The position numbers were made by a program, and so were the translations under genes. From positions 7,143 to 71,142 of the forward strand of contig JACPMJ010000005.1 of NCBI GenBank assembly GCA_016186045.1: a DNA stretch of 64,000 bases. Reading direction: 5' to 3'. This document shows, piece after piece, positions 55,716-64,000 of this stretch (position 1 is the first letter of the stretch; each line of letters opens with the position of its first letter). Below the pieces are notes generated by a model that was not told where the DNA came from, made no database searches, and was given only the letters and a program-made list of their open reading frames with translations. The DNA is from Candidatus Uhrbacteria bacterium. Its GTDB lineage: Bacteria; Patescibacteriota; Patescibacteriia; JACQRZ01.

Positions 55716-56740
55716 CTACGAATTATACACCTTAATGCTTTGCACGAGGCCAACTGCAAGCAAGGACAATGCGAGTGAACTTCCGCCATAGCTCAGGAAT
55801 GGAAGCGGTATGCCAGTCAGGGGTACGAGGCCTATATTCCCTCCAATATTCAGCATGACATGTGTGAAAAACATCATAGTAATTCCAAGGACGGCATAGA
55901 GCGCGAAGTCGTCTCGGCATATCTTCATAATACGGACGAGACGATAAAGTCCGTCTGTGTTTCCGGTAAGAATTTCAGGTGACTTTGCGAACCAAATCCC
56001 AATCCCCGGCCAAACAGCTGGCCAGACCCGATAGCAATCATCGCCTGGCGGATATTATATCCGCTTCCCTGTACATCTGCGGATGGACGCAGAAATGTGA
56101 CGATCCGTTCTTTTTGGTAATCTTTCAAAAAAAACAACCACGCACCCAATGATATCACCGCAATGCCAAGCACAAGCGCGAAAATATATTTTTTTGGAAT
56201 GCCGCTTGCCATGATCATGCCGAACCAAATCAGAAATAATACGACCGCAGATCCTACATCCGGCTGGAGAAGAACAAGTGCTATGGGTACGCCGGCAATC
56301 AAGGCGCTTGCAAGAATATGGCGGAATTGTCCGATCTGGCGGGTGTGGCCGGAGAAATATCGTGCAAGCACGCATACAAGCGCAAGTTTTGCAAATTCAG
56401 CGGGCTGGATTCCAAATGATCCGAGCATAAACCAGCCGCGCGTTCCCCGGATTGTTTGGCCGCTTAGGAGTACTACTATGAGCGCGATACATACCGCTAT
56501 ATACGCAAGAAAACTTACACTTCGTATCATACGGTAGTTCAAAAGTCCAACGATGAAAAAAAGCACAAGAAAAACAGCGAATACGCCCAACTGTTTTTGA
56601 ATGTAAAAAAAATTTTGTGGATCTTTTCCAAGTCCCACACTGTACAGTGCGGCAAAGCCAAAACTGCACAGTACGATAATGCTTAAGAAAAGGAGAATGT
56701 CAATATCCCTGAAATTCCTCAAGAATCCAATTTGCGTCAT
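55716..56740 (-). pseudogene. SEDS family glycosyltransferase (RodA/FtsW) split by frameshift at about 55925-55930 with an apparent ~25-aa loss relative to E. coli RodA
   Basis: 271-aa ORF ends ...FLPETQTDFIVSSVL*; 70-aa ORF in another frame carries the conserved C-terminus NIGGNIGLVPLTGIPLPFLSYGGSS. Confidence 0.7.
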
Positions 56741-56749
56741 AGCTTTGGG

Positions 56750-57700
56750 TTACTGCGGTTCTTCGAATTGCTGCTGTTCTTCCTGTTGTTGGCGAAGGAG
56801 CTCTTCTTCCTGTTTGATGACATCCGGACTTCGCTCTTCCAATTCCTGCACGGTGGGAGCCTGGTATAATCCAGGATTAAATATATCAACTGTCGGCAGA
56901 ATATCAACCGCGGTGGCGTTGCTCAGATCCGCATACCAACGGGATTCCATTGCGCGTGTTTCGCCGAATCCAAAATTAGTGAGTGGAATGGTATTGATAG
57001 CGATGATTTGATCCCCTGTTTTTACAAGTAAGGGAACAGATATGTCCCAAAAACGATAGACGGTTTCATTGAGAATTTTAAATGTCAGCTTGGTATAGGA
57101 AATTGCCCCTCCTTCTATTTGCTGGATCGGCGCGATTTTTATGTCTTTTACCGTGAAGCGAAGTTTTTGTGGCATTTCTTCCTTTTCTTTTTTTGATACG
57201 CGGTTCCAGGAAATATTTTGAAATTCCAAGCCAAGCGTTGTGGGCTGACTGGTGCGCTTGAGTCCCGGGAACATAAGATACTTTTCTTCTTCAGGCAAAA
57301 GAAATGCTTTTTGAGGCGGCAGAGGGCTTTCATCTGCGCTGAACACCGCGTCAACATATGCGAGCCAAAGCGAATTTGGATTTTTTACGCGAACATAGAG
57401 ATCATATGTTCCTTCCTCGCTTTGGATAAATGATACGCTGTCTTTTTGGATATCCTGAACAAGTGGGCGAATCAAAAGCGACGAGTATTGTTTTTTCAGG
57501 TCAGACAGCATTCCCTGATAATCCTGCCATGGGATAAAAATAATGCGCACAGCAAGGAATATGGCGATAGCCCAGATAAAAAAACAAATAATGCCCAATG
57601 TCATGGCTATCATGCGCAGAATTCGGTCTTTATGCGTGAGAAACCAATAACTTTTTTCAAGTTCTTCGTCAGTAAGATTTTGGGAAATATTTTCACTCAT
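56750..57700 (-). CDS. hypothetical membrane-anchored protein with Gln/Glu-rich C-terminus
   Basis: ORF only. Confidence 0.45.
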   Translation of the reverse strand: MSENISQNLTDEELEKSYWFLTHKDRILRMIAMTLGIICFFIWAIAIFLAVRIIFIPWQDYQGMLSDLKKQYSSLLIRPLVQDIQKDSVSFIQSEEGTYDLYVRVKNPNSLWLAYVDAVFSADESPLPPQKAFLLPEEEKYLMFPGLKRTSQPTTLGLEFQNISWNRVSKKEKEEMPQKLRFTVKDIKIAPIQQIEGGAISYTKLTFKILNETVYRFWDISVPLLVKTGDQIIAINTIPLTNFGFGETRAMESRWYADLSNATAVDILPTVDIFNPGLYQAPTVQELEERSPDVIKQEEELLRQQQEEQQQFEEPQ

Positions 57701-57774
57701 ACATTACAAATATAGCACATTCCAACCCCCTTGACAAAATAAGGAACGTATGGTTTGCTATACGTGCTTTCTGC

Positions 57775-57867
57775 GGTGTGGTGTGACGTAGTCGTGCAAG
57801 ACGGGGTGGGGTTGGGTCTGGCTAGGTATGGTTTGGCTAGGCGAGGCGAGGCACGGTAAGGTAGGGC
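57775..57867. repeat. C-type array in inverse orientation ((GGNNN)n ending ...GGCACGGTAAGGTAGGGC)
   Basis: Reverse complement begins GCCCTACCTTACCGTGCC like the 39424 copy. Confidence 0.75.
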
Positions 57868-57956
57868 TTATTCAAAGGAATGAGCTCTTTTTAATTTGAC
57901 GAAAAATAGGTGTTTGATAAGGTAAAAGCGGTGAAAAACAGAATCGTCTAAGAACT

Positions 57957-58029
57957 GTCATCCTCGGGCTTGACCCGAGGATCCAGAGTTCATAGATCCC
58001 GGATCAGCGGAGGCGGATTGGGATGACAA
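57957..58029. repeat. palindromic family member (GTCATCCTCGGGCTTGACCCGAGGATCC...GCGGAGGCGGATTGGGATGAC)
   Basis: Termini GTCATCC / GGATGAC, internal hairpin CCTCGGGCTTGACCCGAGG. Confidence 0.7.
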
Positions 58030-58039
58030 TTTCATACGT

Positions 58040-60124
58040 ATGACGAATGTCAGACTCCTTGTTTCTCTGATTATCGCATCTGGAATATTTAGCATCTTTT
58101 TATTTGGAAATACCTTATCTGGATTTGAAGCTGTTTACGCAGAATCGCTCCCCGTACCATTTGTTCGCACCGCGAATTATTTTTTACGAACCGTTCCGGA
58201 TATCAATCCGAATACATACGATGTATTGGCCGCGTACGACCTTCTCATACTCCCCATGGAGGCGCAAATCTACAATAGGGAGTTTTTTGATTACGCGCGC
58301 AAAAAAAATCCTTATATTATTATCTTAGCGTATGTTCCCTCGCGGAGTATCAATATTATTGACATAGATGACGGCGCACAGATCCGCAAAAAATTAAAAA
58401 ATGGCATTCAGAACGAGTGGTATCTGCGTGACAGTCGCGGAAGTATCGTGCAGGCATGGCCGGGAACGATCCCTGTAAACGTCACAACAGAATGGAATGC
58501 ATATTTGCCGCAATACGTGCATGAGGTGATTCTTTCCACGGGTCTATGGGATGGAATTTTTTATGACGAGGTGCAAGACTCCATGACCTATCTCAATCAT
58601 GGAGATATTGACATCAACAGTGACGGCAAACCAGACTCAAAAGAAGATGCGGATATATGGTGGCAAGACGGCATGCGAATATTATTCAAGCATACCCGTG
58701 AGCGTATAGGTGAAAAACCGATTATTCTCACAAACGGAAGCTCTCTGTCCGCATATGAGACGTATGTAAATGGCAGAATGTTTGAAAATTTTCCCTCTCC
58801 AAGGGGACATGGAACATGGCTTGAGTCCGTAAAGTCATATTTGCATCTTGATAAAAATAACACGCGACAGCCGATAAATATCATAAATACTACGACACTT
58901 AATACTGGTAATAAAAATGATTTTCGCACCATGCGTTTTGGCTTAGCATCCGCGCTTTTGGCAAACGGCTATTTCGCGTTTGACTACGGTGATAAAGATC
59001 ATGGCCAGCTGTGGAACTATGATGAGTACGACGTACAATTGGGGAAACCTACGGGATCACCGGAGAATGCCCTCGCGGGAATATCTACAAATATCCAAGA
59101 AGGAGTGTGGCGAAGAGATTTTTTACAAGGCGCGGTATTTTTGAATGCAACAGAGCATCAACAGACGTTTGAGCTTGAAGAAGAGTTTGAAAAAATTCGC
59201 GGGTCACAGGATCCGAATCATAATAATGGATCCATTATCTCTGAAATATCCCTTGATCCATATGATGGTATCATTCTTCTTCGGCCATTGGATGCTATTT
59301 TTGACCAGCAATTTTTAAACGGCTCATTTGCAAAAATTTTTAATGCGGATGGATCCGTCAAACGCAATGGATTTTTTGCGTATGAACAGCGTGTACGCGG
59401 ATCTGCGCAAGTGATTATCTCAGATGCCGTGTTTGTTGGCAGAAAAATTATCATTTCCGCGGATAGAGGAGTGGTTTCCATGAATTTCGATGACGGCGTA
59501 CCGATATATTCTTTTCAACCGTTTGGAAATGATTGGAAGTTTCCGATCTCTCTTGCGCTGGGAAAAAATGCTTTGTATACTTCGCTTCTGGCTGTAGCGC
59601 CGGCGCAGACAAACATAAAAAAACAAAAACACGGAACCAGTATCAAGATATATGATCTTTCATCAGGCAAGGAACAAAAATCTTTTCAGCCATTTGGCAA
59701 AACATTCAAGGGCTCTGTCTCGCTCGTATTCGGAGATATTGATCATGACGGCGCAGAAGAAATCATTGCCGCCGCAGGCGCTGGCGGAGGCCCGCACGTC
59801 CGCGCATTTCATGCAGACGGCACGCCAACAAAAACAAGTTTTTTCGCATATGAAAAAAAATTCAGAGGCGGCGTAGCCGTAGCGGTTGGGGATGTGTTTG
59901 GTACTGGTCTGCCGCAAATCATCACTGCGCCGGGTCCGGGCAGAGCGCCGGAGGTTCGCGTATTTTATTTTGACGGAAAACAATATGGAAAAACATTTTC
60001 TTTGTCTGAAAAAAATCGTAAAGACGGAACGCGCCTGGCAGTTTCTGACATAGATCATGACGGAAAAGACGAAATCATCACATTTACCGCCAATGTTTTT
60101 ACTATAGCCGGAGTTTCCCAATAA
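58040..60124 (+). CDS. secreted protein: N-terminal putative glycoside-hydrolase-like (TIM-barrel, GHL-type) domain + C-terminal FG-GAP/VCBS-like repeats
   Basis: Signal peptide; repeats FGDIDHDGAEEIIAA, VSDIDHDGKDEIITF, GTGLPQIITAPGPG. Confidence 0.5.
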   Translation: MTNVRLLVSLIIASGIFSIFLFGNTLSGFEAVYAESLPVPFVRTANYFLRTVPDINPNTYDVLAAYDLLILPMEAQIYNREFFDYARKKNPYIIILAYVPSRSINIIDIDDGAQIRKKLKNGIQNEWYLRDSRGSIVQAWPGTIPVNVTTEWNAYLPQYVHEVILSTGLWDGIFYDEVQDSMTYLNHGDIDINSDGKPDSKEDADIWWQDGMRILFKHTRERIGEKPIILTNGSSLSAYETYVNGRMFENFPSPRGHGTWLESVKSYLHLDKNNTRQPINIINTTTLNTGNKNDFRTMRFGLASALLANGYFAFDYGDKDHGQLWNYDEYDVQLGKPTGSPENALAGISTNIQEGVWRRDFLQGAVFLNATEHQQTFELEEEFEKIRGSQDPNHNNGSIISEISLDPYDGIILLRPLDAIFDQQFLNGSFAKIFNADGSVKRNGFFAYEQRVRGSAQVIISDAVFVGRKIIISADRGVVSMNFDDGVPIYSFQPFGNDWKFPISLALGKNALYTSLLAVAPAQTNIKKQKHGTSIKIYDLSSGKEQKSFQPFGKTFKGSVSLVFGDIDHDGAEEIIAAAGAGGGPHVRAFHADGTPTKTSFFAYEKKFRGGVAVAVGDVFGTGLPQIITAPGPGRAPEVRVFYFDGKQYGKTFSLSEKNRKDGTRLAVSDIDHDGKDEIITFTANVFTIAGVSQ

Positions 60125-60132
60125 TGTACGAT

Positions 60133-60185
60133 GTCATCCTCGGTTCGCCTCCGCCAGTTGACGGATGGCGAATGACCGAGGATCC
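60133..60185. repeat. palindromic family member (GTCATCCTCGGTTCGCCTCCGCCAGTTGACGGATGGCGAATGACCGAGGATCC)
   Basis: Overlaps annotated ATG 60165 of next ORF. Confidence 0.7.
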
Positions 60186-60209
60186 AGACAGAAAAATAAT
60201 ACTGACTTT

Positions 60210-61964
60210 ATGGAAAACGCGCCAAATTTTCTCCACCCCGCATCTATTGCCGATATCCAGAAGAAATATTCTTTTTTCAGAAAGAGGTATGAAGAATTTT
60301 ATCATCATACCGTGCCCAGCAGATTTTTGCATATCATCGGCGATTCTTTGCTCATCATTCTTATTCTTTTTTTTGGATCATATGCCGGAGTATCGTATGT
60401 CCAGCAGAAGTTTTTTTCTCCTGCGTCAGCAAAAATGATAATCATTTTACCCGGAGACATTATGACAGTTGGTATGCCGATGAAATTTCTCATACGGTAC
60501 GAGAATACCACGCGCGTTCCTTTGCGCGATGCCCGCATAACATTCCAGTTTCATCCTCTTTTTACATCAGCAACATCATCACAATTCGCATTGAATCCGG
60601 AAACACGCACATTGGAACTTGGAACCATTGAGGCGAACCAGGAAAAAGAATTCGTACTTTCCGGTGTGCCATTCGGAGCGCTTGGCGATGTACAAACATT
60701 GTCCGGAGAATTGTCATTTCAAAGCAACAAGAAAGAAGGAAGGGAGCATATTCCTTCATTTGTTCGGTATGCCATCCAAAAAGGCGCACTCGCGCATCTT
60801 TCATGCGCTGTGCCAAGCTTTGTCACGTTTTATCAGATATTTGACCATGAGTGCACGGTTTTAAACATATCCGGACAATCCTTTGATCATGTTTCAACGA
60901 AATTTTCATTCTCTTCTTCATACACGAGTCGTTCGCGCGCCGCTGACTCAGAATATGCCCTTTCCGCGAATGAGGGAAGGGATATTTCGCATATGGGATT
61001 TTTCCAAAAAGAAGGCGTTGGCGCGCAAACAATCATTGCGCGGACATACCTTTCCTTGCATGATACAACATATCTTCAGGATGAAACACGCATGGCTGTG
61101 CGCGTCCTTGCGCCCGCACTTTCCTTATATGTGCGCTATGATCCGCTTCAGCCCCGTATGCCCGGAAAAACATATTCGTTTGTCTTGCATTGGAAAAATG
61201 AAAGCGCGCAAGGTATTTCTGACGCGCGCATACGCATGTTTGCGCACGGAGATTATGTGCAAGACAAAGAAATTGTATCTTTTATTAAATTCATACAACC
61301 CAGCAAAGAAGGAGATATTACATTCACACTTGCGTTAGATAAAAAACGTGAGCCGCAAAAAGAGTCTACTGACCATCTGTTTCAAATGACGTTTGAACCA
61401 TCCGCGTCATATATAAACCAAGAACAGCAAACAATAAAAGTTTTTGCCGTTCCCGTGCAGCTTGATATCAGTTCGGATATTTCAGTGCGGGCGTTTGCAC
61501 GGTATTATACTACTGACGGTGAACAAATTGGTCGCGGCCCCCTACCGCCTCGTGTAGGAAAAACCACACGGTATAGTATATTCCTTGCGCAAAAAAACAG
61601 CATCCATGCCATTGAAAATTTTACTGTTACCGCACAGCTGGGGCCGCACGCCTCATGGACCGGCATTGTGCCGATTGGAAGCGATGCGATCCGGTACTAT
61701 CCGGAGAAAAAAGAATTAGTCTATTTACTCTCGCTTCTTCCGTCTATATTTAACGCATCCAGCGAAGAATCGGGAGCGGTCTTTGAGCTCGCATTTACGC
61801 CAACCTCTCAAGATATCGGAATAGCGCCAACATTACTTCAGAATATCCGCGCGACAGGAAGAGACAGTGTCACGCATATGCCGCTGGAATTCAACGCGCC
61901 GGATATTACGACGGATGTACTTTTCGATTCACGAGCGAAGAGTATTGGAGGAGTAGTAAAATAG
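60210..61964 (+). CDS. hypothetical membrane-anchored extracytoplasmic protein (ORF track start 60165 lies inside a repeat; ATG 60210 preferred)
   Basis: One N-terminal TM then about 500 aa without recognised motifs. Confidence 0.45.
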   Translation: MENAPNFLHPASIADIQKKYSFFRKRYEEFYHHTVPSRFLHIIGDSLLIILILFFGSYAGVSYVQQKFFSPASAKMIIILPGDIMTVGMPMKFLIRYENTTRVPLRDARITFQFHPLFTSATSSQFALNPETRTLELGTIEANQEKEFVLSGVPFGALGDVQTLSGELSFQSNKKEGREHIPSFVRYAIQKGALAHLSCAVPSFVTFYQIFDHECTVLNISGQSFDHVSTKFSFSSSYTSRSRAADSEYALSANEGRDISHMGFFQKEGVGAQTIIARTYLSLHDTTYLQDETRMAVRVLAPALSLYVRYDPLQPRMPGKTYSFVLHWKNESAQGISDARIRMFAHGDYVQDKEIVSFIKFIQPSKEGDITFTLALDKKREPQKESTDHLFQMTFEPSASYINQEQQTIKVFAVPVQLDISSDISVRAFARYYTTDGEQIGRGPLPPRVGKTTRYSIFLAQKNSIHAIENFTVTAQLGPHASWTGIVPIGSDAIRYYPEKKELVYLLSLLPSIFNASSEESGAVFELAFTPTSQDIGIAPTLLQNIRATGRDSVTHMPLEFNAPDITTDVLFDSRAKSIGGVVK

Positions 61965-61969
61965 GAAAA

Positions 61970-62629
61970 CTACAATTCCAATCTCTCCCCTATTTCCAGA
62001 AATCTGTAATTCAGCCCTGCCGCCTCAAATTCTTTTTTCACGAGAGGAATATCCGCGGGGAATTTTAGATTGTCATAATGTATAGGTACTACAAGTTTTG
62101 CTTCTGATTCTTTTGCAAAAAGTGCCGCTTCCCATGGACTCATGACAAGTCCGTGATTATTCACCGGTAAAAAGATGACATCACACTTGTATTCATTTTC
62201 AAAACAAAGAGTATCGCTCGTTTGGTATATCCTATGACTCCCATCGTCAACAATATACCCGATATTTTCATTCACCTCTCTGCCCTTAAGCAACGGAGTC
62301 CATCCATGGACCGCTCTAACAACTTCCACCTTAACATCATTAAAGTCCAGAACATCACCGGCCTTTACGATATTTGGGGAAAGTTCAGAATATGCATTCG
62401 CAACTTCTTGAGACGTATAAAATTTTGTTTTAGGATTTTTTGCTATCTCCTTAATCGCGTCAACGTGGCAGTGATCAGCATGTTTATGAGTAACAAGAAT
62501 AGTATCAATATCCGACCATTCTTTTTGGAGATATGATTCCTGATACTGAATAAATCCCGGATCAATAAGTATTCTCTTTCCCTTTGTCTCAATAAGTAAA
62601 CACGATTGCGCAAAGCGAGTAATGTGCAT
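61970..62629 (-). CDS. metallo-beta-lactamase-fold hydrolase
   Basis: VTHKHADHCHVD (HxHxDH) motif, later His/Asp ligands. Confidence 0.7.
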   Translation of the reverse strand: MHITRFAQSCLLIETKGKRILIDPGFIQYQESYLQKEWSDIDTILVTHKHADHCHVDAIKEIAKNPKTKFYTSQEVANAYSELSPNIVKAGDVLDFNDVKVEVVRAVHGWTPLLKGREVNENIGYIVDDGSHRIYQTSDTLCFENEYKCDVIFLPVNNHGLVMSPWEAALFAKESEAKLVVPIHYDNLKFPADIPLVKKEFEAAGLNYRFLEIGERLEL

Positions 62630-62980
62630 ATTTTTTATTTTCTATTTTTAATTTCGTTGATTTGAAATGATAATTCCTCTATTGATGGCATATGGTATGT
62701 ATAATATGGCATTACTATTATTTTACTATAACTTAGGTGTTTTACAAAATTTCACCCACAGTCCTATTGACAAAAACAAGGAGATATGGTATAGTATATT
62801 CGTTCCCTAAAAATTTACTTAAAATAAAAGGAAAAGAGGCATTCTAAAATGAGAATGCGGTTATATCCTGACCGAGCTACCTATTATAGTAATTATAGTA
62901 ATCTTTTTGACAGCGCTGATGAGCGAGGATGACCATCGCCATACCGAAATTCCACCGGTTCGCGAAGGAGGGTAAAGAAA

Positions 62981-63079
62981 GTGAATCAGATCTGCCTCAG
63001 CATAATCATGACGCTTGTATTCTCAGAAATTTTCATCGCAGTAAGCTATTATTATCTGCGACAGAGAAATAAGTCATGA
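62981..63079 (+). CDS. possible small hydrophobic peptide (32 aa, VNQICLSIIMTLVFSEIFIAVSYYYLRQRNKS), GTG start
   Basis: Strong SD AAGGAGGG 8 nt upstream; terminator 20 nt downstream. Confidence 0.3.
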   Translation: MNQICLSIIMTLVFSEIFIAVSYYYLRQRNKS

Positions 63080-63098
63080 TCGGAATGACCGAAATTCC

Positions 63099-63133
63099 AG
63101 CCCACCTAAAGAAACAGTGGGCTTTTTTATTTT
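63099..63133 (+). terminator. intrinsic terminator (AGCCCAC-CTAAAGAAACA-GTGGGCT + TTTTTTATTTT)
   Basis: 7-bp stem, T-run. Confidence 0.6.
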
Positions 63134-63186
63134 CCCAAACCTGTTATAATGTATGTATAACTTCGTAAGGAAGCTCTCTTTATTTT

Positions 63187-64000
63187 ATGGTAAAAAAGAA
63201 ACACACCACCGGCGAATATGGCGCAAAACAAATCACTGTTCTTGAAGGCCTTGAGGCGGTACGGAAACGTCCGGGCATGTATATTGGTAACACTGCTGAA
63301 GCGGGTCTCCATCATCTCGTTTGGGAGGTGGTGGATAACTCCATAGACGAGGCGATGGCTGGCTTTTGTACGGAAATATCCGTAACACTCCTTCCTGATG
63401 GTGTAGTATCCGTACAAGACAATGGCCGAGGTATCCCTATCGATATTCATAAACAAACCGGCGTATCCGCTCTTGAAACCTGTCTTACCAAACTCCACGC
63501 CGGAGGAAAATTCGGTCAAGGCGCCTACAAAGTATCAGGTGGACTCCACGGTGTGGGTATCTCGGTAGTAAATGCGCTCTCAAGTTACCTGAAGGCGGAA
63601 GTGCGGCAAGACGGAAAACTCTATCAGCAAGAATATAAAATTGGAAAGCCACTCTATAAAGTGAAGCCAGTCGGAAAAGCGCACAACACGGGAACTACTA
63701 TTACCTTCAAGGCGGATGGCGCTATTTTTTCTGTTACGGAATATAATTGGGACATGATCATAGAGCGTCTCCGCCAGCAGGCATATCTTACAAAGGGAAT
63801 ACATATTACTGTTACCGACAAACGTGAAGGGAAAGAATCTATTCCGTATGAGTATTATTTTGAGGGAGGTGTTGCCTCATATGTGAGATTTTTGAATAGA
63901 AAAAAAGAACCCAAGCATGATCAGGTCTTTTACATGGAAAAAGAAATGCAGGAGGGACATATTTTGGTTGAGGTTGCTCTGCAATATGTGAATGACTATA
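63187..64000 (+). CDS. gyrB: DNA gyrase subunit B, 5' portion (continues beyond window)
   Basis: YGAKQITVLEGLEAVRKRPGMYIG, HAGGKFGQGAYKVSGGLHGVGISVVNALS ATPase motifs; no stop before window end. Confidence 0.85.
   Translation, partial: MVKKKHTTGEYGAKQITVLEGLEAVRKRPGMYIGNTAEAGLHHLVWEVVDNSIDEAMAGFCTEISVTLLPDGVVSVQDNGRGIPIDIHKQTGVSALETCLTKLHAGGKFGQGAYKVSGGLHGVGISVVNALSSYLKAEVRQDGKLYQQEYKIGKPLYKVKPVGKAHNTGTTITFKADGAIFSVTEYNWDMIIERLRQQAYLTKGIHITVTDKREGKESIPYEYYFEGGVASYVRFLNRKKEPKHDQVFYMEKEMQEGHILVEVALQYVNDY

Noticed and set aside
62925-62960. Hammerhead-ribozyme-like CUGAUGAG...CGAAA string (GCGCTGATGAGCGAGGATGACCATCGCCATACCGAAAT)
   Set aside because: Stem II would be only 3 bp and extra nucleotides (CATACC) separate it from GAAA; no stem I/III partner found; does not fit the canonical core.

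Overview
The window appears to be a compact, mostly housekeeping stretch of a small-genome bacterium. Its style (short genes, large RNase P RNA with insertions, TrmB-type regulator, many hypothetical membrane proteins) suggests the CPR/Patescibacteria, but that is inference only. Recognisable genes are cysS, an MraY/WecA-family glycosyltransferase, rplU, recR, dnaB, tRNA-Lys(UUU), gltX, a frameshifted M23 peptidase, a xerC/D-like recombinase, an SPFH protein, a glycosyltransferase plus WbaP-like sugar transferase pair, RNase P RNA (minus strand, missed by the ORF track), rnhA, recJ, lepA, mreC, mreB, proS, gpmI, eno, pgk, gap, tsf, rpsB, rpmE, prfA, dcd, prmC, rplY, a frameshifted SEDS (rodA/ftsW) gene, and the 5' part of gyrB. 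Two accessory insertions stand out. (1) 19840-24901 (minus strand), between rnpB and rnhA: a retron-like reverse transcriptase, a MoxR/CbbQ-type AAA+ ATPase and a VWA (MIDAS) protein, separated by repeat-filled spacers. This is my best candidate for a previously undescribed RT-associated system. (2) A visibly GC-richer island at about 38400-45100, between gap and tsf. It carries a 746-aa ORF that is an unmistakable fusion-like homolog of the RpoB C-terminus plus the RpoC N-terminus (the RNAP clamp module) with the catalytic DFDGD box destroyed, plus several unknown proteins; the island's gap-proximal end is marked by an A-type palindromic copy (38405-38499) and, on either side of its first gene, the 5-bp-periodic (NNNCC)n arrays. 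The window is peppered with at least 12 members of a nested palindromic repeat family (core CCGCCAGCTGGCGG, termini GTCATCC...GGAATGAC), a 168-bp MITE with 25-bp TIRs in two copies, and a MITE flanked by 16-18 bp direct repeats. No CRISPR array is present.
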